Source of the DNA: Octopus sinensis
Taxonomy: Eukaryota
NCBI RefSeq assembly: GCF_006345805.1
Contig: NC_043006.1
Coordinates: forward strand, 23,064,001 to 23,128,000
DNA: 64,000 bases
Direction of reading: 5' to 3'
Within the stretch, counting starts at the first letter, position 1. Every line of letters starts with the position of its first letter. The notes below the pieces were generated by a model. It was not told the origin of the DNA. It did no database searches and worked only from the letters and a program-made list of their open reading frames with translations. Shown in pieces: positions 25,720 through 38,238 of the stretch. The translations under genes were made by a program, and so were the position numbers.

Positions 25720-26626
25720 TCAAACGCATTCAAAGTATGATGTGATTTAGCAGTCGTGAGTCCAAGAAAGGCAATCCTACAGGATCTTTGCATTATCATT
25801 TTCAATGATGCATTCGGGTTTGTGGTCGTACCACTTTTTTGCTCTGTCAAGTCATCCTACACAAGCCTGACTTTCTTACTTCCAATAATTGTGGTTCTGT
25901 GGCATTTTTATATACCATGCTATGTTGTTTTCTTCTGCTCTAATGCTGTGTTCACATCCAATCAGCCCTCTTCCCCCTCTTTTTCTTGGTACATACAGTC
26001 TGTCTGTGTCACTTTTTGGGTGGAGTATCCCATATCTAATCAGCAACTTCCTTGTCTTTCTGTCTAAGCTGTTTAGTTCGTCTACTGTCCATGCGATTAC
26101 CCCTGCTCCATATCTAAGTAGTGAAACCGCCCAGGTGTTGATAACTTTAATCTTATTCCGTCCCTTTAATTTCGACTTAAGGATCAGTTTCAGTCTGCGC
26201 AAGTACTCTACCTTAAATTTTTCTGTCATTTCTTTCTCCATCAATTTATCCATTTCCAATATCCCCAAGTACTTATAGCCCGTCTCTTCTGTCTGCTTTG
26301 ATGGTATCGCTAATCCGTCCATACATTAGGTTTGCCTCTCTTCAAGTCTAACACACCACACTTTTTCAGTCTGAACTCCATTCTGATATCAGCACTGAAA
26401 GTATACACCGTATAAACAAGGGAACTGACTTGAGATTCATCTTGACCATAAAGTTGGCGGTCATCCATGGTTGACTTTTTGTAGGCGGCTTTTGAATACA
26501 TACCCAGGCTTTGCTTTCCTCAGAATCAGCGTTAGTGGTATCATGCACAATACAAAGATCAGTGGGGACAGGTAATCCCCTTAAAAGATGCCTCTCTTGA
26601 TTTCTATTGTCCCTAAACTTCCCTCC
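25720..26626 (-). mobile_element. R4/Dong-clade LINE reverse-transcriptase fragment, 5'-truncated
   Basis: IKRGIF*GDYLSPLIFVLCMIPLTLILRK, MDD..LYGQDESQVSSLV, YKYLGILE, INTWAVSLLRYGAG, LDRKTRKLL..GILHPKSDTDRLYVPRKRGGRGL, WYDHKPECIIENDNAKIL. The 5' end abuts (AAT)n. Confidence 0.9.
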
Positions 26627-26633
26627 ATTATTA

Positions 26634-26669
<36 letters not shown>

Positions 26670-26698
26670 TCACCACCACCACCATCATCATCAGTATT

Positions 26699-27250
26699 GA
26701 GTGAGAGAGCAGCACATACCATCAAAGTGACATTAGGGTACAAATATATGAAGACTGATATACCCATCATGACGACCTGTTTGATAAGGGTACACCAGGA
26801 ACATGCATCACAACCATATGTGCACGACATAGTGATCTCATGTCAAGATAAACAGTGCATGACCTTGCAGGTGGGGCCCAGTTAGAATTTTATTCAGGTC
26901 GAGTTGCCCATCCAGCTCAAAAGGTCCTTGAATAAGGGTTGTTTAAGGATGTTGAACGAAACACCCATGTTTCCAGAGGTGAATTATTCAAAACCCCAAT
27001 GAATCCCTCTCAACACATGGTTATGATGCTCCCCCACTACTTCTGCTCGTGATCAGAGATGCACATATCGTCAGCCACTGAGTGACATGATCAGCTGGTT
27101 AAGGCCAAGCAATTGACAAGCAAATCTGTGATATTGAGTAGAATATTTGTTGCAGCTCATCTTTTACTCTAAGACAAAACATGTACATGATAGCACCTCA
27201 GTTAAGATCAGAAGCAATGAGAGCCAGCGCCTAGTACTGCATCAGAGTAC
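26699..27250. mobile_element. Unclassified ~470-550-bp interspersed element embedded in (ATT)n, copy 1
   Basis: Colinear with 38239-38712, with the same left boundary gagtgagagagcag. (ATT)n-type repeats lie on both sides. Confidence 0.8.
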
Positions 27251-27259
27251 TTATTATTG

Positions 27260-27348
<89 letters not shown>

Positions 27349-27351
27349 GTC

Positions 27352-27442
<91 letters not shown>
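27251..27442. repeat. (ATT)n tract
   Basis: Direct reading. Confidence 0.95.
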
Positions 27443-28339
27443 TTACAATAACATTGGTTATGATCTGTAACAAATTTCTGGGGAAGATTTGTCAGTTGAT
27501 CGAATCGACCCTATTACTTGACTCGAATTACTCGAATGTAAAAATACCAAATTAATCACCATAAAACCATTGAATTTGGAGCTATACTACTTCTACCTCT
27601 TCATAGGCCATTCATTTGATATTAAATTTTTGATCACGTCCTGTAGGTGCTGTTTAACCCAAGGGCAGCTTTCGTTGAACAGGACTATTTGTTATCAAAG
27701 ATGTTCCAGCAGAGATCATTCTGTGTTTTTTCTCATGGCATATTACATCTAGGACTACATAAGCCATTGTAACCTTCCTTCTTTTTTACGTTGTATGAGC
27801 GTGATTTAAGAGAGATGTAGCCGCTATTTCTTGCGTGTCGAGTAATTCTAACTTAAAATAAGCCGGCGTCTATTTCGCTTGTTTAAATTTTTACTGAAAG
27901 TTATTTCCCTTCTTGTTTTTTAACAATTCTTAACTTCCTGTCGTTGTTTACATAAACCATTTCTCTAGAGACTCAATAGTTAGAAGTAGGTTTGCATTCT
28001 ACCCTCCAACACTTCAGCCTGATATTTCTTTCTGTCGCAGCACGACATTTTCTGTACAACTGACTACACACGTTATTAAGATGTAACAATTTCCCACCAT
28101 ACATTCTGCAATTTTATTCCCTCTCCAAATAAGAAAGACTTTATTCCTTGTCGTTTAAAAATGTCCACTGGGGTCAGTAGAAACCAGCTTTTAATCATTT
28201 TTACACTGTCACTGGAGATTTTCACCAGGTTTAGGAGAAGTAGCGCATACATTGCGAAGTATATGATTCTCAAGCTTGATAAACTGTGTAACTCTTTTGA
28301 TGCCAATCCACCTGAGACCGCCCTGGATTCCATGATACA

Positions 28340-29025
28340 AACGTATTGTTTTAAAGTGACCTAAATTAAAACTTTCAAACAAAATTTTATGTTAATTTGT
28401 GTTCCAAACAACAGCTTAATTCCGACAAAGTTATTTTACTAAAGAAATATGGTACCAAATAGATTAAAGTGATCTAAATGAAACCCTCCATCGAAATTTT
28501 GTGTTAATTCATGTTCTATACAGCAGCTTAACGATGTCAAAGTTATTTTAATAAATTCTTGATTCTTTATTCAACATAAAGTGAAACAAAGCCAGTGAAT
28601 TTCAAAAGAAATATGGAACAAAAGGGTTAAAGTTGTCTAAATTAGTTTCATATTTTAACACAAGGGCAGCTATTTCGGGAGGGGAGAAGAAGACATCGAC
28701 CCCACTGCTCAACTGGAACTTATTTTATCGAATTCGAAAAGATGAAAGGTAAAGTCGACCCCCGGCGGAATTTTGACTCAGAAAGTAAAGACGGAATGAG
28801 ATGTCGCTAAGCATTTCGCCCGGCGTGCTAATGACACTACTAGCTTACTGCCTTTAAAAGTTTGTCGAAATTAAAACCCTCCATCAAAATTTCATGCTAA
28901 TTCATGTTCCAAACACCAGCTTCATAATGACGAAGTTATTTTTATTAAATTCTTTACTATTTTTCAAAATTAATTGAAACAAAAAAAAAAAGTGTACTTC
29001 AAAAGTGACATGGTAACAAAAATGG
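28340..29025. mobile_element. Three decayed partial copies of a piggyBac-type MITE, with a family A SINE (28640-28855, minus) between them
   Basis: Repeated ttaatt..tgttccaaaca.cagctt...aagttatttt blocks. One ends aaagggTTAA. Confidence 0.45.
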
Positions 29026-29189
29026 CGAAAAGAGTTTTTATATTTCTAAGCGGATTCTAGTTCTCATTTTCTCGTTTTTGTTTTGCATTGGCTTCTGTTT
29101 TCTTATTTTCCAAAATACAGTAAATAGATGCATTATGCATTTTGTTTAATTATTTAAGTTTCTTAATATACAACTTAGTTTTCTATTTA

Positions 29190-29832
29190 ATAATAGTTTC
29201 AAATTTTGGCACAAGGCCAACAATTTAGGGGGAAGGGATAGGTCGATTACATTGACTCCAGAGCTCAACTGGTGCCTTATTTGGATCTTTTTGGTTTGAA
29301 CGGCAGTTTTTTCTAGAGGTGTCATATGAAATTGTCACCCATAATTATGACTCTAGTATCGATCTATTGCATTTCAATCTGTTTTAGGGTTAGGGTTAGG
29401 GTTAAGGGTGGGGGGAAGGGTATCTTTTTTCTTCAGAAATGTAAATAAACCCAATCTGTTTCTTAAACGAGGGACATATTCATTCGGCACAGAATGTTTT
29501 CACCTCAATAGACGGCATTGATTGGTTGAAATTGCAGAAATTGAAGAAAAACAACAACAAATATCTTACAAACTATAGAATTTTCTCAATAAAGCCAAGA
29601 GAAAAAGGTGTTTTATAAACACATTCTACCAGTATACGAAGTTTAAAAGTGTTTAGTTACGTGGAAATTATTTTAAAAAACTGCCGTTCAAACCGAAAAG
29701 ATCCCCTTATTTTATTGACCCCGAAAGGATGAAAGGCAAAGTTGACCTCGGCGGAATTCGAACTCAGAACGTAAAGACGGAAAGCCGCTAAGCATTTTGC
29801 CCGGCGTACTAACAATTCTCTCAGCTCGCCGA
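29190..29832 (-). mobile_element. Family A SINE split by GGATCTTTTC-TIR MITE copy 3 (29283-29704)
   Basis: 8-bp TSD ccttattt (29275-29282, 29705-29712). The SINE body resumes after the MITE. Confidence 0.85.
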
Positions 29833-29904
29833 CACGATTTTGTATTCAATAATGATAATAATAATAACAAGAGCACTCAGAGAGCGCAAACCTCCGCCGG
29901 GGCA

Positions 29905-31690
29905 ACACTAACGTCCTGATTTCTTCTATTAGACACAAGGCCTCTGATAAAAATGGGACAATACGACAGACAAAGCAATACAGTGGGGTACACAAAACAT
30001 AACAGATGAAATTATGAATAAATGATAAATGAGATGAAATGGCTTACAAGTAGGCAGTTCCATTTTACTGTTTATGTATCACATAGTTCATTATTCCTTT
30101 TTCCCATAATTTTTTGAAAAAGTCTTTATTTAAAAATTTTAAATGTCTCACTTACTTTCCTTTATATTAGATATTCTATTATGTCCTTAAATGTCACCAC
30201 CGGTGGCAACTCATTGAATCGAAACTCTAACGGTGATATCTCTATCATTTCCCCGAATAGTTCCTTCAACCTTTCACCTCTCTCTCTCTTACAAGCAAGA
30301 CCGCTTTAAATCTTTCATTGCACGGTTTAGGCGTTAATTTCACCCTATTTACAGTTTTCATTTTCGTGATCTTTTTTTCAATTTCTACATTTTTTTCTCT
30401 ACTGTATCATAGTTCTTAATTGTTTTCCCTTCAGTGTTACTTTCTGATTTCCATCACTAATCTCTTCTGCTGTTGCTGATGTTTCCATATCTTTCTTCTC
30501 CGCTTGTCTCTCGCTCGACGTTGTTGTCATTTCTTTTCTATCTTCGTTTTTTCGCCCTTTCCTTTTACTTTCGCCTCTGTACTAATTGCTGGCATCGCTC
30601 TCTGTTTTCTCTCTTCTACACTTCCTTTTCTTTTCTTCATGGGACTCTTTGGTAGTGAGTTCATATTTTCTTGTCTTTTCTTCCTCTTCACCACTGTGTA
30701 TCTTTCTTCCATATTTTCCACTGGCCTCTGCTCCTCTATGCATTGCACGTCTACCTCTTCTTGCTGTTTCATCTCCGTCACCTTCTCTTCGTGTTTCTGG
30801 GGGCACTTAGCTTTCATTTGTCCCCTTACTCCACATTGATAGCTTACGGGAAGTCTTCCTTCCCTGCAACTCTCAGCTTCGTGTCGTCCGGCAGCACCAA
30901 TACCTCTGCAATTTCGCGGAGATCTGGTAAACTGATGTGAACCGACACCTCAAGTCCGTATCCCCATTAGTTTACCTACGTAGTTCTTGCTATTTTCAGT
31001 ATTTTGGTGTCCTCCTCTGTATTATAGAGGGTGGCTGGTGGCAGCCACGCCTCGTCAATTTCTGGGGGTACTCTACCAATCCTCACTCTGGCCGCACGTT
31101 TTCCAAAGTAGGTTGGTAGTAGTACCCACTTGGCTGATCTCAAAGGCACAGTGGAGCGTTTTATCGCTTCTTGTTTGCTCGCGAAGCGTATCTCCATTGT
31201 GCCGTATTTCTTTCCTCTGGTGTAGTATGTCGTTAGATCTTTGGCTTCTCTCAACTGCCTCTACTGCTGCTATTTCAACTTTTTTTGTTGCAATAGACAG
31301 CGTTCTGTATATTATTGTCCTTCTCTCTGTCTTTTCAATAACTTCCCTAGGCGGCGTCAGCCTCAGACTGTCTCCTTCCTTTCTGAATAGTTCATTGTAC
31401 TTCTTGAAATTTGTTTCTTCCAGTTGAATTTCCCTAACTTGCAGTATATCTGCTGTTAGATTATTTCTAGTCACGGCAGCTGGAACTGGTTGACATTCCA
31501 TAACGATATTATCCACAACTTCACCCATAAATGGGGAAGAAAAATAATAATTCAGGTAACAATAAATTCAACAATTCAGTAATATAACAATTAGATGCGG
31601 TAGACCTTCAACAATTTAACAATAACAAGGCTTACATGAAGCGAAGACACATCAAATGCAACACGGAATCAAATGACTCGATATAACACA
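29905..31690 (-). mobile_element. Tx1/L1-like element with decayed ORF1 (RRM-like + CCHC knuckle) and no ORF2
   Basis: ORF pieces 31528-31073, 31254-30976 and 30817-30527: KKYGTMEIRFASKQEA...LLPTYFGKRAARVRIGRVPPEI...WGYGLEV..., degenerate knuckle SYQCGVRGQMKAKCP, then a K/E-rich tail. No RT or endonuclease motifs lie between ORF1 and the 3' end. Confidence 0.6.
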
Positions 31691-32420
31691 ACGTCCTGAT
31701 TTCTTATATTAGGCACAAGATCTCTATAAAGATGGGACAACACAAAAACAGACAAAACAATACAATGGGGTACATAAAAACACATATCGTATGAGATTAT
31801 GGATACAATGAAAAATGAGGGTGGAATGATTTACCTGCCCTCCATAAGCAGGCAGTTTCATTTTACCGTTTTTATATGACATTTTACTAACAGTTCAATA
31901 TCTGTCTTGTATCTGTTGGTTTTCCCTTTTTTTAAAAAAAAAAAAAGAAATTACACAAAGTCATTAATTATTCAGTTCCTAATTTCCTCCCTTACCCCCA
32001 TTTACTCCAAATACCTCGTTATATCTTCGAATGCCTCCAGCGGTGGCAGTTCATCAAAACAAAACCGTACCGGTGTCACTTCTAATTTTTCACCAAACAA
32101 TTTCTTTAACCGTTCTCCTCTCTCTTTCCAACAGAATAGCTTTCAAACCTACGTTGTTCTCATTGGGTGACAATTTAACTCTGATTACGTTCTTCATTTT
32201 CTCTATCTTTTTTTCTATCTCTACACTTTTTGTGTATTGTATCATATTTCTTAAGTGTTTTCCTTTCGGTATCACTGTCCGTTTTTCTTCACCAATCTCT
32301 TCTACGGTTGATGGTATTTCTATCTCTGTATGTCTCTCATTCTTTGTTGTTATCCTTTCTCTTTCATCTTCCTTTTTCTTCTATACTTTCTCCTCCTTGC
32401 TGGTTGTTGGTAACAGTTCC
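31690..32420 (-). mobile_element. Second, 5'-truncated copy of the ORF1-only element, head-to-tail with the first
   Basis: aacgtcctgatttctt..tattag.cacaag...atgggacaa...tggggtaca...aggcagtt.cattttac occurs at both about 29910-30070 and 31690-31870. Confidence 0.7.
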
Positions 32421-32439
32421 CCTTTACGCTCTTCGACTT

Positions 32440-32850
32440 TGTCACTTACTTTTGTTGGCCTTTTTTGCATCAGGCACTTGCATCTTTGTCCCTTTTGTGC
32501 ATCAGATACTTGGTTGACATTTCCTGTTCCTGGATTGCAAACGCATACCCTTCAAAGTGGGAGGTAGTAATCCGGCTATTCGTCCATGATAAACTGCTTT
32601 GATGATCGATGTTACTATCGTCACAGAGCTTTCTACTAATATATCCATGCATAGTCTTCTGCTCATATAGGCTCATCCTTTCATCTGATGATACGTTATG
32701 GTAGAGTCATGCAACTTCTCTGGACATGTATTCTAGGTTATCAGACAAAGAGTTTTGCTGCTCAAGGAACTGCCTTCCAAGTCTTATGATGTTATCAGCC
32801 TCATGTATGCAAACTTGGTCAATAGATGCACTTCAACGCTTGGTGGTTAA
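32440..32850 (-). mobile_element. R4/Dong-clade LINE internal fragment
   Basis: YEQKTMHGYISRKL...SLSWTNS..TTSHFEGYAFAIQEQEMSTKYLMHKR. Confidence 0.7.
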
Positions 32851-32874
32851 AAGATATTACTATATGTATATATC

Positions 32875-34689
32875 TTGTTTTTTGTTTTTTGGCTTTTTCT
32901 GTTTCTACGTCTTATTGTGATGTCCTGTACTTCCGTATAATTATTTGTATATGCATGTATATATACATGTAGATGTAGGTACGTACATATATGTTTGTAT
33001 GTATGCATATATTTTTATTTATCTCCTTATTGTCTGACAGCGCCCGCATCAGGTTCGTTCGATTCGTCGTTTCGATCCACTTCTTGGTCCCCTTTTTTTA
33101 TATTAATATTATTATATTGAAGATGCGGTACTCTCTCCTTTGCTTTAACCTCTTCAATCTTTCTCCCTCCCCCTCCCTCCTCTCTCTTCGCCGCGTGTCC
33201 CCTCCTCCTTCCCTCTTCCTTGCCTATAAAACAAAATTCCTTTACACGTGGTTACCACTATTGAAAAGACTGCCTCCACGCGCTGCTATACACTTTCGTC
33301 CTTGCCAGCAAAAAGGCTTCTTCGTTCGTCCCCTTGTGTGGTTAATTTCTGTATAGTATTCTTGTTATTTTCTCGTTTTGCTAATATTGTACTTTTTGTA
33401 CTTGTATTTTTATTTTTGCAGTTTTATTGTTGTCTATGCCAGAAAAAAGGCTTTTTCGTTCGTCCTCTTGTGTTTGTTTTTGTACATGTATTTTAATTTT
33501 GCAGTCTTATTGTTACGGTTGTTTGTGTTCGTACTCATTGTGCCCCGCTGCTTGAAATTTTATTTTAATTCTCTCGCAGGACGGCCTATTGGATTAGTGT
33601 TCTGTTATGCCTTCGAAACATGCCTGCTGACTCCTCTAGCGACAGCTGATGACGGGGGTTTTGTCCTTGTGTAACCTGTCCTGTATTTGGTTTTCGTTTT
33701 CCGTTTTCTTGTTTTTTGTTTTTGGCTTTTTCTGTTCTACGTCTTATTGTGATGTCCTGTACTTCGTATATTATTTGTATATGCATGTATATATACATGT
33801 AGATGTAGGTACGTACATATATGTTTGTATGTATGCATATATTTTTATTTATCTCCTTATTGTCTGACAGCGCCCCGCATCAGGTTCGTTCCGATTCGTC
33901 GTTTCGATCCACTTCTTGGTCCCCTTTTTTATATTAATATTATTATATTGAAGATGCGGTACTCTCTCCCTTTGCTTAACCTCTTCAATCTTTCTCCCTC
34001 CCCCTCCTCCTCTCTCTTCGCCGCGTGTCCCCTCCTCCTTCCCTCTTCTTGCCTATAAAACAAAATTCCTTTACACGTGGTTACCACTATTGAAAAGACT
34101 GCCTCCACGCGCTGCTACTACACTTTCGTCCTTGCCAGCAAAAGGCTTCTTCGTTCGTCCCCTGTGTGGTTAATTTCCTGTATAGTATTCTTGTTATTTT
34201 CTCGTTTTGTAACAATTGTACTTTTTGTACTTGTATTTTTATTTTTGCAGTTTTATTGTTTGTCTATGCCAGAAAAAAGGCTTTTTCGTTCGTCCTCTTG
34301 TGTTTGTTTTTGTACATGTATTTTAATTTTGCAGTCTTATTGTTACGTCTTGTTTGTGTTCGTACTCATTGTGCCCCGCTGCTTGAAATTTTATTTTAAT
34401 TCTCTCGCAGGACGGCCTATTGGATTAGTGTTCTGTTATGCCTTCGAAACATGCCTGACTCCTCTAGCGACAGCTGATGACGGGGGTTTTGTCCTTGTGT
34501 AACCTGTCCTGTATTTGGTTTTCGTTTTCCGTTTTCTTGTTTTTTGTTTTTGGCTTTTTCTGTTTCTACGTCTTATTGTGATGTCCTGTACTTCCGTATA
34601 AAATTATTTGTATATGCATGTATATATACATGTAGATGTAGGTACGTACATATATGTTTGTATGTATGCATATATTTTTATTTATCTCC

Positions 34690-34690
<1 letters not shown>
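32875..34690 (+). repeat. Tandem repeat of ~830-bp Penelope-type terminal-repeat unit, 2.2 copies
   Basis: Units start at 32875, 33709 and 34537. Copies are near-identical and differ mostly by 1-3-bp indels. Confidence 0.85.
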
Positions 34691-34740
<50 letters not shown>

Positions 34741-34760
34741 ATACATATATATAATATAGA

Positions 34761-34814
<54 letters not shown>

Positions 34815-35033
34815 GTATACACACACATGCATATACGCACAGACACATATGTATGGAGGTATGGATGGATGTATATATGTATGTATCTACATATACGCAT
34901 GCATATATACATTGATTTATACGACAAAGATGTGCATACATACATATATACATAAATATGCTATATGTATATATACGCAGATAGATAGATGTATACTCAC
35001 ACATGTACATACACATAGACACACATACGTATG

Positions 35034-35092
<59 letters not shown>

Positions 35093-35674
35093 CGCTCACA
35101 CACACATTTATATGTATATACATGTAAACGTATATATATATATATATATATATACATATATATGTGTGTATATATATATATATAAATATATATGTATGTA
35201 TGTACACACATGTACATATACATACATGTAGGAATGTTAGTTCGCACACTCAGGCATACAATATGCTGACAGCACTAGTTTTCTATAGTACATCATGTGG
35301 GCACAGTGTATATTTAATTACAAAACCAACCAAAACACTAACTGGAAATGCTATAAAACTTATAATAGACATATCAGAGAATTTGTGGTATCAGAGGCAC
35401 GAAAACCGAATTATGTGTGTGTGGGGGGGGGGGGGAGGTAATAAATTCCACTCGCATCTTAGAAGGGCAATGCCCAGTACCTTTGAGACTAGCGACACTG
35501 AAGTGGTTTATGTTCAGTCTAAACATTAGCTGAGTAATTTCTGGAGGGATAAGAGATCTCGTCCGGATACTTGTATTAGAGTAATTTCAGGTACGGGCAG
35601 TCGAAAACGTGTGGAATGTTAGTCCGTCTGTTTGAAACAGTTTTGTTTAACCATTTTGTTATTATATGTATGTT

Positions 35675-35868
35675 GTCGAGTGGTACCAGCGTGAGCGGAA
35701 AAGACCACCCGGAAGACCTCCACGACGGTGGAATTACGATTTCAGAAGGACGATTGGGATCACGTGGATGAGAAAGGCGCGATCCAGAGAGGAGTGGACA
35801 GCGTGCTGTGACCAGCGGTGTCAAATGGACGCCTGACGGACTGGTCGGTCAAAGTGATCAAAGTGATG
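35675..35868 (+). mobile_element. RTE-1-like LINE 3' end
   Basis: VEWYQRERKRPPGRPPRRWNYDFRRTIGITWMRKARSREEW...DA*, then a tail ggtcggtcaaagtgatcaaagtgat. Confidence 0.8.
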
Positions 35869-36031
35869 TATGTTAAAATACAATGCCTTTATTTCAAGTA
35901 ATTCTGAAAATAATGAGATTAATCAGACATAAATTAACGTGAAATGTTTGAGGGACAGTTTTCATTCAGATCATTTTAACACCTTGTCTGTTCTGTGTAT
36001 CACGTGTGATATACTTGTATGCATATAAAAG

Positions 36032-37203
36032 CTGGTATACCCGGTAATTCCCGGGGGTAAAGATGTTCAATTGAAACGCCTTATTACTCTGATATAAGAA
36101 AGCAATTTCGTTATAACTACCACAAAAGGTGTATTTTCCATAATGAAAAAGTACAAAAACTGTCAGCTGGAGGAGGGAGAGATTGTTGGAGGTTGGCGAG
36201 AGAGGTTTCCGGAGGTTGGCGAGGAAGATTGTCGGAGGTTGGTGAGAGAGCTTGTCGGAGGTTGGGGAGAGGCAAAAACATGATTCTGCTTAGCGAAGGC
36301 ATCTGGGAAATGTATAACCGCTGTCATTCACAGAAAAAACTATTGTTTTATCGTGAGAAAAGCACTGTTGAAGTGTTAAGTGAAATTTGGCAATCGAGGA
36401 TCAAATCCACGCTATGCCTGCATGAAGCCACTACAAATACGTTGTGGAATAAAAAAATTTATCTACTGTCATGGAAAAAGTTTAACTGTAAACATACAGA
36501 ATTATCGGAGTAATGGGCATTCAAAAAAGTATGTATGTATAGAAATGTATGGATGAAGTCTTTAAAGTTTAAGATTCAAATTAAGGAAGTGCAATAATAA
36601 TGTTTAGCAGTTCAAAACTGTGAGTAGTGAAATGCAGAATTAGGTCGGCTGATCGTGAGAATCAAATATTGATCGCTTCGCTAAAATCTGTAGGTGGTAT
36701 GAGTTATTTACCTTGGGTTGTTTCAATAAAATATTAGTAATATGTAGTAGATAGAAGGATCCATTGCAAGAGCCCTATTATCGAATTTTTTCCAACAATC
36801 TAAGTATGTCACATGGTTTCCAGACATGAGTTCTACTCACGTGTCAAATAAAGTATAAAAGTGATATTGTCTGCAAAAATTAGAAATAGGACACACAAAA
36901 AATCAATATTCAAAGTAATCGAGCATAAACAATGAAATGGGTTATCTCCCTTGAGTGTTTAAAAAATATATTGAACATGTGCTATGGGTAATTTCCCTTG
37001 GGTGTTTAAAAAATATAATAGTTATATGAGGTAGATATAAAGGGGCCGTATTATCGATTGTTTTCAATAATCTAAGTATGTCACGCGGTTTCCAGACACG
37101 AGTTCTACACACGTGTCAAGTTTCATCAAAATCAATAAAACGATGTAGGAGGTTTAACCATGCCACAAACAAACACACACCGATTTTCCACATATGTGGT
37201 AGA
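36032..37203 (-). mobile_element. Helitron/Helentron-like non-autonomous element
   Basis: Minus 5' A|TC start and 3' hairpin cccgg-gaatta-ccggg with a degenerate CTAG. Internal direct repeat (about 36775-36850 vs 37048-37120) and aagtttcatcaaaatc motif. Confidence 0.5.
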
Positions 37204-37222
37204 TATAAATGTAAATATAAAC

Positions 37223-37255
<33 letters not shown>

Positions 37256-37341
37256 TGTATGTATGTATGTATGTATGTGTGTATGTATGTATTTATGTAT
37301 GTGCTTGTGCATACATATATATACGTATGTATGTATATGCA

Positions 37342-37502
37342 CAGGCGTAGCCGCGCGGTGAAACGTTTGCTTCCCAACCGCTTGGTTCTGGGTTCAATCC
37401 TACTGCATAGCATCTTGGGCAAGTGTCTTCCACTATAGCTTCGCGTCGACCAAAACCTTGTGAGTGGATTTGATAGACGAAAACTAAAAAAAGCCTGTCG
37501 TA
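37342..37502 (+). mobile_element. Family B SINE, 5' half
   Basis: cttgggcaagtgtcttc CORE-like motif and gtgagtggattt..tagacg.aaact.aa.aagcc.gtcg. Confidence 0.75.
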
Positions 37503-37874
37503 TATGTGTGTGTATGTGTGTGTGCGTGTATGTGTGTGCGTGCGTGTGTGCGTGCGCGTCCGTGTGCGCACGCAGAAACACATCATTAAACCGTCCATCG
37601 TGATACACAGGACATATTTCCCTGACGTTCATGCGTCATATATGCTACATCAATTTTTACCAAATTCTCCCAACCACTGGAGTAACTTGGGACTTAAGAA
37701 AGGAAAGCTTTATATTACATGGAACGTATGAAACAAAAGGCTAATGAAAAGAAGCAGGGAACTTTTGGACAAACTTATGTTAATACTTGGACAAGCAAAA
37801 AAGTGAGAATTTTTTAATATAGTATTAAGGTTGGTCTCGGGAAAGGAGGTGATGTCAAAAGGATTAGCAGAATA

Positions 37875-37930
37875 TATTTATATTATCATTATTATTATTA
37901 TTATTATTACTATTACTATTATTATTATTA

Positions 37931-37977
<47 letters not shown>

Positions 37978-38058
37978 TATTATTATTATTATTTTTATTA
38001 TTATTATTTTTATCATCATCATCATCATCATCATCATCACCACCATCATCATCATTAC

Positions 38059-38149
<91 letters not shown>

Positions 38150-38177
38150 TATATTATTATTATTATTATTATTATTA

Positions 38178-38238
<61 letters not shown>
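37875..38238. repeat. (ATT)n/(CAT)n tract
   Basis: Direct reading. Confidence 0.95.

Noticed and set aside
30473-31528. Host gene interpretation of the 150-aa ORFs
   Set aside because: Frameshifts and stops, no splice signals joining the frames, and a second diverged copy in tandem indicate a retroelement ORF1.
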